This document shows positions 7,289-15,226 of a stretch of 36,827 bases of DNA, one piece after another (within the stretch, counting starts at the first letter, position 1; the number at the start of each line of letters is the position of its first letter). The notes beneath the pieces were generated by a model. That model saw nothing but the letters and a program-made list of their open reading frames with translations, had not been told where the DNA came from and made no database searches. The position numbers were made by a program, and so were the translations under genes. The stretch comes from a virus, in IMG/VR virus record IMGVR_UViG_3300045988_021903, positions 1 through 36,827 of that record; one strand, written 5' to 3'.

Positions 7289-7545
7289 AAAAGTTAATCA
7301 ATTGGTGGAAAGCGTCTAATCGCTGGAAGCATTTCTTGTTTGCAATCCCGCTTGGCGCGGTGTGTGGCGCTCCGTTCACTACGGGCGTAGGGCTAGGGAT
7401 GGAAGTAAAGGACCATTTGTACGGAGGGAAGGCTGATTTTGTGGACTTCCTTCTAACCGCGGTTGGCGGGGTGATCGGGCACGGCGTTATGTTGGCCGTT
7501 GGTTTGGACTATGTGATAGGGTATTTAATCAATTTAATATTTTAA
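7285..7545 (+). CDS. Small membrane protein (86 aa)
   Basis: Hydrophobic segments FLFAIPLGAVCGAPF and LLTAVGGVIGHGVMLAVGL. Confidence 0.65.
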   Translation: MKKLINWWKASNRWKHFLFAIPLGAVCGAPFTTGVGLGMEVKDHLYGGKADFVDFLLTAVGGVIGHGVMLAVGLDYVIGYLINLIF

Positions 7546-7548
7546 GGT

Positions 7549-7719
7549 ATGGATATAGCAATGATAGCTCTTGTTACGTCAATGGGATTAAGTTTTATCG
7601 GTATGGCAGCGGCAATAGTTTTAGATAAGCCGCGCTTAATAGATTTTTTCTGTTTGACATGTATGGCACTTGGAGGGTTGACCCTTGTGTTATGTTTTAT
7701 AAACCTGTTATTAATTTAA
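7549..7719 (+). CDS. Small two-TM membrane protein (56 aa), below the track cutoff
   Basis: Read manually: MDIAMIALVTSMGLSFIGMAAAIVLDKPRLIDFFCLTCMALGGLTLVLCFINLLLI. Its 3' end and junction (aatttaatattttaag.tatgga) repeat those of the previous gene. Confidence 0.55.
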   Translation: MDIAMIALVTSMGLSFIGMAAAIVLDKPRLIDFFCLTCMALGGLTLVLCFINLLLI

Positions 7720-7730
7720 TATTTTAAGTT

Positions 7731-8036
7731 ATGGAAAGTATGGAACATTTATTCAGAGAACAAGAGATGAGAGAACAAGAAGTAGCGGGCATCAGAACCG
7801 GACGTTTCAAGACCGCACTGTACCGCGCAGAGAAGGCGCAGTATAATATGCGTGTCAAGATAGATAAGGCGGAAGCCGAGCGGGTGATGGTTTATGCCGA
7901 GCGCGTACCGCGTACGGCTAAAGAGATTACGACGATCACGATTTACAGGAAGAGTGAGCCGGAACGGCGAGTGGACCTATCGAGAATTGAGGCGTTGCGT
8001 TTGATCGGTGAACTTAAAGAAGCATTGAAACTATGA
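7731..8036 (+). CDS. Hypothetical protein (101 aa), charged and helical
   Basis: Track ORF, no family recognised. Confidence 0.65.
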   Translation: MESMEHLFREQEMREQEVAGIRTGRFKTALYRAEKAQYNMRVKIDKAEAERVMVYAERVPRTAKEITTITIYRKSEPERRVDLSRIEALRLIGELKEALKL

Positions 8037-8134
8037 GGGAGGAATTTATTAAATGGTTAGGACAAATGGTCCTGGCAATCGCGGCGGGGATCGCGCTAGG
8101 TTGTATTTTAGTATGTATCTTAAATAATTTATAA
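8033..8134 (+). CDS. 33-aa single-pass membrane peptide
   Basis: ATGA overlap with the previous stop. Reads MREEFIKWLGQMVLAIAAGIALGCILVCILNNL, read manually. It ends 1 nt before the next ATG. Confidence 0.45.
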   Translation: MREEFIKWLGQMVLAIAAGIALGCILVCILNNL

Positions 8135-8135
8135 T

Positions 8136-8675
8136 ATGCCAACACCATATATTAAGAAGAAACAAAGAAAGGTGCTGCTTATCGAAGATATGGCACGCGT
8201 TTATAATCTTCATGCGTTTTTCATATTTAACTGGCTCGAAGCTAATAATGTGAAGTACGCCAAGGTGAAGGGCAAACCGTTTCACGCTGTAAATGCCGAG
8301 ATATTCTGCGAGGCGATCCGGGACATAATGTACGCGGCTAGCAAGGTACGGGACGACAGGAATACCCGGACCGATCCCGAACGCATACCGACAGTAGAGA
8401 ACATGTTATACCGTGACAAGGACAAGAAGCGCGTAGGGCCTTACGAGAATGACGATATAGAGAGGCCGATCTACACGAGCGGGGACACCGAGACGAACAA
8501 ATATGGCATAGAAGTTTCAATGCTGTACAGGGTTAATATGTATTGCGACGGTAGCAGGACGCTAGACAAGTTGAACCACCGTACTCTGAGATGGGAAAAC
8601 ATAGAAAGGGCGGAGAAATGGAAATGTAAAGAAATTTTAGACGACTGGAAGGTTTTATACGGGTTGGTTATATAA
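8136..8675 (+). CDS. Hypothetical protein (179 aa), last gene of the early/middle transcription unit; possible DNA-binding regulator
   Basis: Track ORF followed by a strong terminator. The N-terminal segment VLLIEDMARVYNLHAFFIFNWLEANNVKY is HTH-like by eye only. Confidence 0.65.
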   Translation: MPTPYIKKKQRKVLLIEDMARVYNLHAFFIFNWLEANNVKYAKVKGKPFHAVNAEIFCEAIRDIMYAASKVRDDRNTRTDPERIPTVENMLYRDKDKKRVGPYENDDIERPIYTSGDTETNKYGIEVSMLYRVNMYCDGSRTLDKLNHRTLRWENIERAEKWKCKEILDDWKVLYGLVI

Positions 8676-8681
8676 GGATTG

Positions 8682-8716
8682 AGGGGTTAATGTATAAAAA
8701 CGTTAACCCCTTTTTG
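8682..8716 (+). terminator. Rho-independent terminator ending the early/middle unit
   Basis: AGGGGTTAA (8682..8690) pairs with TTAACCCCT (8703..8711), followed by TTTTGTG. Confidence 0.75.
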
Positions 8717-8752
8717 TGTTAAAACCGTTAACACGATTTTGGCGCACTTCTC

Positions 8753-8793
8753 AAAAAACTTTGTGAGAAAAAACTTTGTGAGAGAAAACTTGG
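8753..8793 (+). repeat. 15-nt tandem repeat AAAAAACTTTGTGAG x2 plus a partial third unit
   Basis: Units at 8753..8767 and 8768..8782 are identical. 8783..8793 (agaaaacttgg) is a degenerate third unit. Confidence 0.9.
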
Positions 8794-8806
8794 ATTTTAA
8801 CGGTAT

Positions 8807-8877
8807 TTTGACTAAAAGGCCTGTTTTTGACAAAAAAGTAGTGAAAACGTCTTTGACAACTCAATTTCATGTTTGAC
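8807..8877 (+). repeat. Four spaced TTTGAC boxes (iteron- or operator-like)
   Basis: TTTGAC at 8807, 8826, 8852 and 8872, with spacings of 19, 26 and 20 nt. Confidence 0.8.
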
Positions 8878-8919
8878 GCCTGACCACACTCACAGGACGC
8901 AGAACGCATTTTTCAAGTT

Positions 8920-8951
8920 TTTGATGTCATAGGTTAAAATTTGTATCTTTT
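8920..8951 (+). promoter_or_regulatory. Variant promoter-like box heading repeat element A: TTTG 8920..8923, 20-nt spacer, TATCTTTT 8944..8951
   Basis: Canonical -33 and spacing. The -7 box differs from TAnnTTTG only at its last base. The same arrangement heads element B. Confidence 0.5.
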
Positions 8952-9131
8952 ACACTTAACTCGCTTATTTATAGTACTTTATACTGTAATATAGTGTATT
9001 TGTCATAGATGGAAAGATATATACTAGTGGAGTAACTATTAATAAGTAATAATATAGTTAACATAAATATACTATTGTTATTTTAAATAATTTATTTACG
9101 GTATTTTTTAAATATAATCTATAGGGAAAAC
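8934..9131 (+). repeat. AT-rich non-coding element, copy A (homologous to 29069..29264)
   Basis: 8934..9024 aligns without gaps to 29069..29159 with about 10 mismatches. 9107..9131 aligns to 29240..29264. The spacers are of near-equal length. Confidence 0.9.
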
Positions 9132-9139
9132 GTGTTTTT

Positions 9140-9203
9140 ATCGTTGACATCGTTGACATCGGGCTGAAACGCCCTGTTCATCGGGGTTTTGGGTGTCAAC
9201 GAC
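9140..9203. promoter_or_regulatory. Operator- or pac-like repeat set upstream of terS: tandem ATCGTTGAC x2 plus an inverted copy
   Basis: ATCGTTGAC at 9140..9148 and 9149..9157, with GTCAACGA at 9195..9202. CATCGGG is also repeated, at 9157 and 9179. Confidence 0.6.
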
Positions 9204-9246
9204 AGTTTTGGTAGGTAGAAAGATGGTATTTTGGGCGGAAAAAGCG

Positions 9247-9254
9247 TAATTTTG
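9247..9254 (+). promoter_or_regulatory. -7 box TAATTTTG of the late (terS) promoter
   Basis: Perfect TAnnTTTG 23 nt upstream of the terS ATG. The nearest TTTG elements (9230, 9207) are not at canonical spacing. Confidence 0.55.
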
Positions 9255-9276
9255 TAGAGTTGTAAATAAAAATTAT

Positions 9277-9969
9277 ATGGCTATAAAGAAGAAAAAAGAA
9301 GTTATAGAAACGAAGGAAGCAGTACAGCTGCCAAAGCCCGAGAAGGTCAGGCCGGATTACGCGCACTTTCGTTTAGCTCCCACATACGCGACTACCAAGT
9401 ATTTGGCGGATTCGTTTGAATACACCAAGTGTTACCAAGTCGCCACGGCGCATTTAGGTATGACGCCTATTTGGCAAGAACCAAAGGAACTATGGGAGGC
9501 ATACGCGATATATTCGGCGTGGTGCGAGGCTACGCCCGTTATAACACAGGAGGCAGTCAAGTCCGGAAACATGGCAGGGACGCTCTACGAAGTGCCAAAG
9601 AAGCACCTTCAATCAGAAGGCGAGTTCTGCATGTTCCTAGGCGCTAGCGTCAGTTATCTAAACAGGAGGCGGGCTGCATACGCCGAGAACCTGAAAGAGT
9701 TCGATCTAACGATATGCGCGGACTTTATAGAAGTGATCGACAAGATACGCGAAGCCATCGCACAGGACCTCGATCAGGGCGCGACGGTGGGACAGTTCGA
9801 CGCCAACTACGTTCGTGCGCTACGAGGCATTAAAACGCAGATGGACTACACGTCCAACGGTGAAGCCATCAAGGGCGGTTTGACGGTTAACGTAACCGAT
9901 CCGAAGGTACGCGCGAAGGTTAGCTCGATTAAGAACTTTAAAAAGGATCACAAGGAGGATGATAAATAA
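9277..9969 (+). CDS. terS: Terminase small subunit / DNA-packaging protein (230 aa)
   Basis: Sits immediately upstream of terL and is translationally coupled to it (TAATG). PKELWEAYAIYSAWCEATP resembles gp3-type small terminases. N-terminus is basic. Confidence 0.65.
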   Translation: MAIKKKKEVIETKEAVQLPKPEKVRPDYAHFRLAPTYATTKYLADSFEYTKCYQVATAHLGMTPIWQEPKELWEAYAIYSAWCEATPVITQEAVKSGNMAGTLYEVPKKHLQSEGEFCMFLGASVSYLNRRRAAYAENLKEFDLTICADFIEVIDKIREAIAQDLDQGATVGQFDANYVRALRGIKTQMDYTSNGEAIKGGLTVNVTDPKVRAKVSSIKNFKKDHKEDDK

Positions 9970-11141
9970 TGAATTGCACCTATGTATTTAACAAGATGAT
10001 AGGACCGTTTTGCGACCCCTATATAAGAGGTATAGCAAGTAAGGGTGGTACACGTTCATCTAAGACGTGGAGCGTGCTACAGCTCCTCTATTTGGTTGCT
10101 AACGAAAGCACCGAGCCTCTTATGATCTCGTGTGTTACCGACACGCTCCCGGCCGTGAAGCGCGGAATGTTCCGTGACTTCCAGAATATGCTGTTAGACG
10201 AAGGGGTGTGGGACGACAACGCGCTTAACAAGTCCGACTTGATCTACACGGTGAAACCGGGCGTCTGCATAGAATTCTTTGGGTGTGACAACGCGTCAAA
10301 GGTACACGGTCCGGCCCGAGACATATTGTTCATCAACGAGGCGCAGCGCGTGCCCCGTGAGATATTCAGGCAGCTGGACGTACGTACCACGATCAAGGTT
10401 ATTATTGACTTTAACCCGGTGCGGCGCTTCTGGGGTGAGACGGACTTCACAGGCGACAAGTACGTAACGATCCATTCCACATACAAGGATAACCCGTACT
10501 TGTCCAAGCAGCAGGTAGAGGCGATAGAGCGCAACGCCAAAGACGCTAATTGGTGGCGCGTATACGGTGAAGGGCTGACAGGCGGCCTGGAAGGCCTCGT
10601 ATATCCCCAAATTGAGACGATCGACGCTTTGCCGGAGGATTTAACGGGTGAGGACGTTAAGTTCGTCACAGGGCTTGATTTTGGCTTTCAGAACGACCCG
10701 ACCGCTATTGTCAAAATATACATGCGAGGCATGAACCTGTACATAGACGAAGTGTGTTATGAAACTAAGATGTTAAACCGCACGATCGCCGAGCGGCTTA
10801 AGGACGAAGGACTACACCGTACCATTACGGTATGCGACAACGCCGAGCAGAAGTCTATTATAGAGCTACGCGGCCTAGGCTGTAACACGATCCCCTGTAT
10901 AAAGGGAAAAGGATCGATAAGGGCGGGCATCCAGCAGGTGAAGCAGTTCAATCTGTTTGTAACGAAGAGGAGCACGAACGTACTGGATGAGGCGGACAAT
11001 TACACCTATGTCAAGGACAACCTGACCGACACGTACACCAACGAGCCAGTAGACGCTTACAACCACGCATTGGACGCTGTGCGTTATGGTGTTGACTATC
11101 TTATACGTAAATACCGCCCGAGATACGCAAATAATGATTAG
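9969..11141 (+). CDS. terL: Terminase large subunit, PBSX/Terminase_3-like (390 aa)
   Basis: Walker A-like GIASKGGTRSSKTWS and Walker B DILFINEA. The C-terminal nuclease region has GLDFGFQNDPTAIV and AYNHALDAVRY. Confidence 0.88.
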   Translation: MNCTYVFNKMIGPFCDPYIRGIASKGGTRSSKTWSVLQLLYLVANESTEPLMISCVTDTLPAVKRGMFRDFQNMLLDEGVWDDNALNKSDLIYTVKPGVCIEFFGCDNASKVHGPARDILFINEAQRVPREIFRQLDVRTTIKVIIDFNPVRRFWGETDFTGDKYVTIHSTYKDNPYLSKQQVEAIERNAKDANWWRVYGEGLTGGLEGLVYPQIETIDALPEDLTGEDVKFVTGLDFGFQNDPTAIVKIYMRGMNLYIDEVCYETKMLNRTIAERLKDEGLHRTITVCDNAEQKSIIELRGLGCNTIPCIKGKGSIRAGIQQVKQFNLFVTKRSTNVLDEADNYTYVKDNLTDTYTNEPVDAYNHALDAVRYGVDYLIRKYRPRYANND

Positions 11142-11150
11142 ATTTGCAGC

Positions 11151-11309
11151 ATGAGAAATTTAAGCTTATACGACCGTGTTATGTCTTTGGACGACGGCGA
11201 ACCCGGAACGGTGATTGAGTTAGACGTTTTGGGCGTAGTCGTCCAATTCGATAACGGGTATGAGACATGGCTAGAATATGAAGAACTAGAAATGATTGAA
11301 TATGAGTAA
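11151..11309 (+). CDS. Hypothetical small acidic protein (52 aa), below the track cutoff
   Basis: Read manually: MRNLSLYDRVMSLDDGEPGTVIELDVLGVVVQFDNGYETWLEYEELEMIEYE. It overlaps the next start (ATGAGTAA). Confidence 0.5.
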   Translation: MRNLSLYDRVMSLDDGEPGTVIELDVLGVVVQFDNGYETWLEYEELEMIEYE

Positions 11310-11982
11310 AACAGCGTTTTATGGCGTGGAGTGGTTGATCCTGCAAGAGCAAACCAACTGGAGAGGGAAGATTAAAAACGTTTTCCGCCGCTTGTGGTGG
11401 AAAATTTGTGGGTATTACAACCGCAAACAATTAGAATATATTTGTAACTTGCATCCGAATTACAAGGGCGGCCTAACTTCTGACCAAGCAGCGACACTTA
11501 ACGCGGTGGCAGGGTACGCGAAGGCCGACCCTTTTATTATAAAAAATGGTAAGCTCGTGTACCGTATACCCCGTATCGAGGATGTAACGTTGTGGCAGGT
11601 TATCGAGGCGAGAAGGAGCGAGACGGCAACGGAGAAGGTTACGAAGTGGTGTACGCCCAAAGAGCACAAGCCGGCCGAGTATGCGCCGGATAACGTCTAC
11701 CATTTGCTTTGCGCTACTAAGTATATCAAGGAGCAGATCGAAACGGCGGACGGACTAGAAAAACGGTTGTTCCCTTTCGACGCAGGGAGCACGCCGGAAG
11801 ACGATCCGATCAAGGAGGCGAAGAACGTGCTGACACTCGTACAGGCTACGGCGGAGTTATTCGCCTGTTCGTTCGAGGACGCGAAGCGGATCAACTATCT
11901 GGACGCTATGTTGGCATTGTCAAAGCGGCACGAGGAGAACGAGAAACAAAAGGCAGAGATGAAGAAACATTATAAATCATAA
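11302..11982 (+). CDS. Hypothetical protein (226 aa), probably virion- or packaging-associated
   Basis: ATG at 11302; the track start 11296 is a TTG. No family recognised. Confidence 0.65.
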   Translation: MSKTAFYGVEWLILQEQTNWRGKIKNVFRRLWWKICGYYNRKQLEYICNLHPNYKGGLTSDQAATLNAVAGYAKADPFIIKNGKLVYRIPRIEDVTLWQVIEARRSETATEKVTKWCTPKEHKPAEYAPDNVYHLLCATKYIKEQIETADGLEKRLFPFDAGSTPEDDPIKEAKNVLTLVQATAELFACSFEDAKRINYLDAMLALSKRHEENEKQKAEMKKHYKS

Positions 11983-11986
11983 CGTT

Positions 11987-14392
11987 ATGGGTTTAAAAAA
12001 GTATGAGATTATTACAGTAGGGAGCGACAAGAGAGTACGCGCCCTTCGTTCGTGGCAGGTGGGAGACCGTTACGTCAACATTGGCGACGTGGGCGGTATC
12101 GTGTACGACGAGAAGACATTATCACAGGACGGTGCCTGCTGGCTGTTTAGGGGCAACTTCGGTTTTCCCGGCGCACGCATCGGAGGGGATTCGATCGTAG
12201 ACGTAGCCGAGGCGGCACTAAGCACCACAGGCACGCCCGCCGTAGACATTTTAGGGTCTAGTGTCGTGGTCGGTAGTAAATTACAGTTCGCATTGGATCA
12301 AACATCAGCGGACGCTGTAGTACTGACAGCGGATGACTTTGAACAGGGGGACTACACGTTTGCGGTGGGTGCTAAAGCAGAAAATCAAAAAGTCAATGCT
12401 CCATTGGTAGTGCGGACCAAAAGCCCGATTTTCATGGGCGGCGTCAGTAAAACGCTTAAGATCGATGTACCGGGGTACGCGGTCCAAGCCTTTGGGCTAG
12501 ATGCCGATTTAGTTATAGTTAGCGCAACCGCCAATACAGTAACGGGCGCAGGGGTCACATTATCAACTCCGGCGGCGCAGTATTGCGTTATCCGGTTGCG
12601 CAAAGACCCAATAGCCGCAACAGTCCCGGCAGACGCAACAACGGCGGCTGTTACGTTTACAGGCACTTATGAAACTAAACTTTCAATAGTTGATTCACGT
12701 GTTGAAGTCAACCCTGCAAACGCTACGGGCACGGCAACAATCATACCGGGTGGGACTTATACAATGACAGCCGGCGCGAAATACCCGGAAGCGATCATAA
12801 GAAATTCTAAGGTGTCTATGAACGTTCCGGCGGCTTCTAATAGTGCAATTAGGTTTATGGGTCAGATAATCGGATCGACTGCAATATTAGACGGCACGTC
12901 AGGGAACCTCCGGACGGCCGGGTTATACAGCAGCATTAAAAATCTAACGGTTTCTGGCGTATTAGACTCTGGCACGGGTGTAAGCGCGTATAACATTATC
13001 CAAGCTACGGACTGCGATAATTTCTCCGTATCGCCTACGGTCTTTCCGGGACTGGCGGCAGCCCAAACGGCTAACACGCCTTTCATCTTCCAAGGTTGTA
13101 ACGTTCCGAACGGTAGGTTCTACCATCACGCGAAAATAGCCAACACTTATAAGAACGTTGATTTTGCGTTGGCGCAAGCTGATTTGGGTAAAATGACACC
13201 TGGAGGCCCCCTTGTAAGTTCGGAGGTAGAAGGGATGTATCGATTATTCCGTCCCGATGTGGCCGCCCTTGGCGCGCTAGTTGAGAGTTACGAAAGCGTG
13301 AAAAGTCTTACTATTACAGCGGTTCAAAAATCTCGTGGCATAACCATTTACAAGGACGCCTACTTAAGCGGACTGTTTGACATGGAAGGTACACTCGTGT
13401 TCGGCCACAAAGTACGTAGCCATCCATTGGCACAGGTTCTGAACGTTCAGCCGCGTGCGGTTCAAGGAACTGTTAACACCATAGTTATTGGCGAAACAAT
13501 TACAGGGGTAACAGCAAATGCAAACCGTGTGTGTGTGCCGATCCCGTTCCGTGTTAATGGGGCAAAGGGCCTCACCGTCTTAACACCCCCCGCCGGCTTG
13601 CGAGTATCTGTATTCACGACAGACTTAAACAACGTCATTACATCCGGTACTGGCTGGGTTACCGCGGAAACGTCTCTATCGAGTAGCACGCAACTGCAAT
13701 CGCATTTTGCCTTTGTATTGGTTAGTAAAGTGGGGGACACAGCGATCACACCAGAGGACATTGCAGGCGTTCAAATAGTGGTGTACAACGGTTGTAAGAT
13801 CGTGAACACAGGAGCAACGGCGATTAACATGAAGGGCAATATCCGCGTAGAGGATAACGCTACAATCGTCAACGCTAGCGTTACCGGAACGGGCTACTTT
13901 GGTGGTAATTCTGTGGTGTACTATAATCCCGCTGTTTGGGCGGCCCTTGAATGTACCGGGTCGGCGTTCATGAAGGACAACGCGGTATTCGCGCCTACGT
14001 CGTTGGTCGGGTCTTGTGCGCTTGTTCACATGCAGGACAACGCAAAGTTTATCGGATCGGGTGCTAGAGTTAGTACAGAACTTTCGTTCATCATGAGGGA
14101 CAACGCTATTATCGAGGGGGTCTCTAATACACGGTCGGCTGTGGTTATGTCCGGTAATGCTAAAGTAACGTCTACGGGGGCTATCTCAGCCAATAGTCGC
14201 GGCGTGCTCACAATGAAGGACAACGCTAGTATCGAGGCGGCCACAACCGTTATCGGGGCTATTACACTAGCGGGTAATTACAAGGGTAACGTAGTAAAAA
14301 CGTGGACGGGCAAACGGACTATTACAGACGTAAACGCGCCGGAGTACGACAGCAACGTAAAAACTCAATATGAACATGAACATGACTTTTAA
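11987..14392 (+). CDS. Tail fibre / tailspike-like protein (801 aa) with two copies of a shared ~115-aa module and a C-terminal beta-solenoid repeat region
   Basis: About 20-residue periodicity of x-M-x-D-N-A-x-(I/F) at aa 621, 662, 682, 703, 721 and 743. Module copies at aa 111..228 and 484..600 resemble aa 395..514 of the 15223 product. Confidence 0.6.
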   Translation: MGLKKYEIITVGSDKRVRALRSWQVGDRYVNIGDVGGIVYDEKTLSQDGACWLFRGNFGFPGARIGGDSIVDVAEAALSTTGTPAVDILGSSVVVGSKLQFALDQTSADAVVLTADDFEQGDYTFAVGAKAENQKVNAPLVVRTKSPIFMGGVSKTLKIDVPGYAVQAFGLDADLVIVSATANTVTGAGVTLSTPAAQYCVIRLRKDPIAATVPADATTAAVTFTGTYETKLSIVDSRVEVNPANATGTATIIPGGTYTMTAGAKYPEAIIRNSKVSMNVPAASNSAIRFMGQIIGSTAILDGTSGNLRTAGLYSSIKNLTVSGVLDSGTGVSAYNIIQATDCDNFSVSPTVFPGLAAAQTANTPFIFQGCNVPNGRFYHHAKIANTYKNVDFALAQADLGKMTPGGPLVSSEVEGMYRLFRPDVAALGALVESYESVKSLTITAVQKSRGITIYKDAYLSGLFDMEGTLVFGHKVRSHPLAQVLNVQPRAVQGTVNTIVIGETITGVTANANRVCVPIPFRVNGAKGLTVLTPPAGLRVSVFTTDLNNVITSGTGWVTAETSLSSSTQLQSHFAFVLVSKVGDTAITPEDIAGVQIVVYNGCKIVNTGATAINMKGNIRVEDNATIVNASVTGTGYFGGNSVVYYNPAVWAALECTGSAFMKDNAVFAPTSLVGSCALVHMQDNAKFIGSGARVSTELSFIMRDNAIIEGVSNTRSAVVMSGNAKVTSTGAISANSRGVLTMKDNASIEAATTVIGAITLAGNYKGNVVKTWTGKRTITDVNAPEYDSNVKTQYEHEHDF

Positions 14393-14780
14393 AGGGATAC
14401 TAGATCAGGTTGGAACATGGGGGGCGCAGCATGCGCTTCCCGTATTCTTCGGAGATGAATCTACGCGTAATCGGTTGGCAAACGATATAACGGGTGATTT
14501 TATCTTTGTTGATGTGCCCGGAGGAAGGCAGGACTACAACGACTATGCCGCCGAGGCGTTCTCAATCACCGTGCTTATCCAGGTACTAGGCACTTCGCAC
14601 TACGAGCGTGACGATATGTCCGAGATCGATGTACTAGATAGGACGTTCACAGTCATAACCGACATAGCGAAGAAGGCGGTTTGCCTCTATGAGTCCGAGG
14701 GTGCAGCAGTGGTTAAACGCCAAAACATTTACGACAGTCCAAAATCGGGCTGGGAGATAACACTAAATCTATCTGAATAA
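14370..14780 (+). CDS. Hypothetical virion protein (136 aa), possibly neck or tail-completion
   Basis: Track ORF overlapping the fibre gene end by 23 nt. The function call rests on size and context only. Confidence 0.6.
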   Translation: MNMNMTFKGILDQVGTWGAQHALPVFFGDESTRNRLANDITGDFIFVDVPGGRQDYNDYAAEAFSITVLIQVLGTSHYERDDMSEIDVLDRTFTVITDIAKKAVCLYESEGAAVVKRQNIYDSPKSGWEITLNLSE

Positions 14781-15226
14781 TGGCACGTAACGCGATGTTG
14801 GAAATAGAGGTGCTGCTAACCAAGCTACGGGACGACATAGAAGCGTCTTACAAGGCTAAAGGGCTGATGGCATCCGGTAACTTTGCCAAAGAACTAAAGT
14901 TGGTTGTAGGCGGCAATAACGCCCGTATCACCGCACCGCGATATGTCGGAGCTATGGAAGGCGGACGCATTGCGGGAAAACGCCCACCGTTGTGGATCAT
15001 ACGTAAATGGATCGAGGACAAGAACAGGCAAGGCGCGAACATACCGCTAACCGCTGCATATCCGATCGCGAAAGCTATCGGAGAGTTCGGGATAAAAGTA
15101 CCAAACAGCCACAACCCCGGCGGCGTGGTGTCGGACGTACTCAACCCTGCAAGGGTCTTGAAGTTACAAAACGAGATAGTAACTATAATTAGATATGCCA
15201 TTATTGACACTTTAAATATTAAATGA
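14780..15226 (+). CDS. Hypothetical virion protein (148 aa), possibly HK97 gp10-like neck protein
   Basis: Track ORF with a TAATG junction. The segment GNNARITAPRYVGAMEGGR...PLWIIRKWI resembles gp10-type proteins by eye. Confidence 0.55.
   Translation: MARNAMLEIEVLLTKLRDDIEASYKAKGLMASGNFAKELKLVVGGNNARITAPRYVGAMEGGRIAGKRPPLWIIRKWIEDKNRQGANIPLTAAYPIAKAIGEFGIKVPNSHNPGGVVSDVLNPARVLKLQNEIVTIIRYAIIDTLNIK

Noticed and set aside
8953-9010. An E. coli-type sigma70 promoter on the minus strand inside the duplicated element: ATGACA-N17-TATAAA in copy A and TTGACA-N17-GATAAA in copy B.
   Set aside because: There are no minus-strand genes. The inferred Bacteroidota host does not use the TTGACA/TATAAT consensus for its primary sigma. 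AT-rich DNA produces such matches easily. I keep it only as a remote antisense-RNA possibility.
8753-9203. A CRISPR-like array, considered because of the short direct repeats.
   Set aside because: There are only 2-3 copies. Units are 9-15 nt with no regular repeat-spacer periodicity, and there are no cas genes.
8676-9276. tRNA or other canonical structured RNA genes in the two large intergenic regions (also 28975..29479).
   Set aside because: I could find no cloverleaf-compatible stems and no GTTCRANNC T-loop motif. The regions are too AT-rich for stable tRNA arms.
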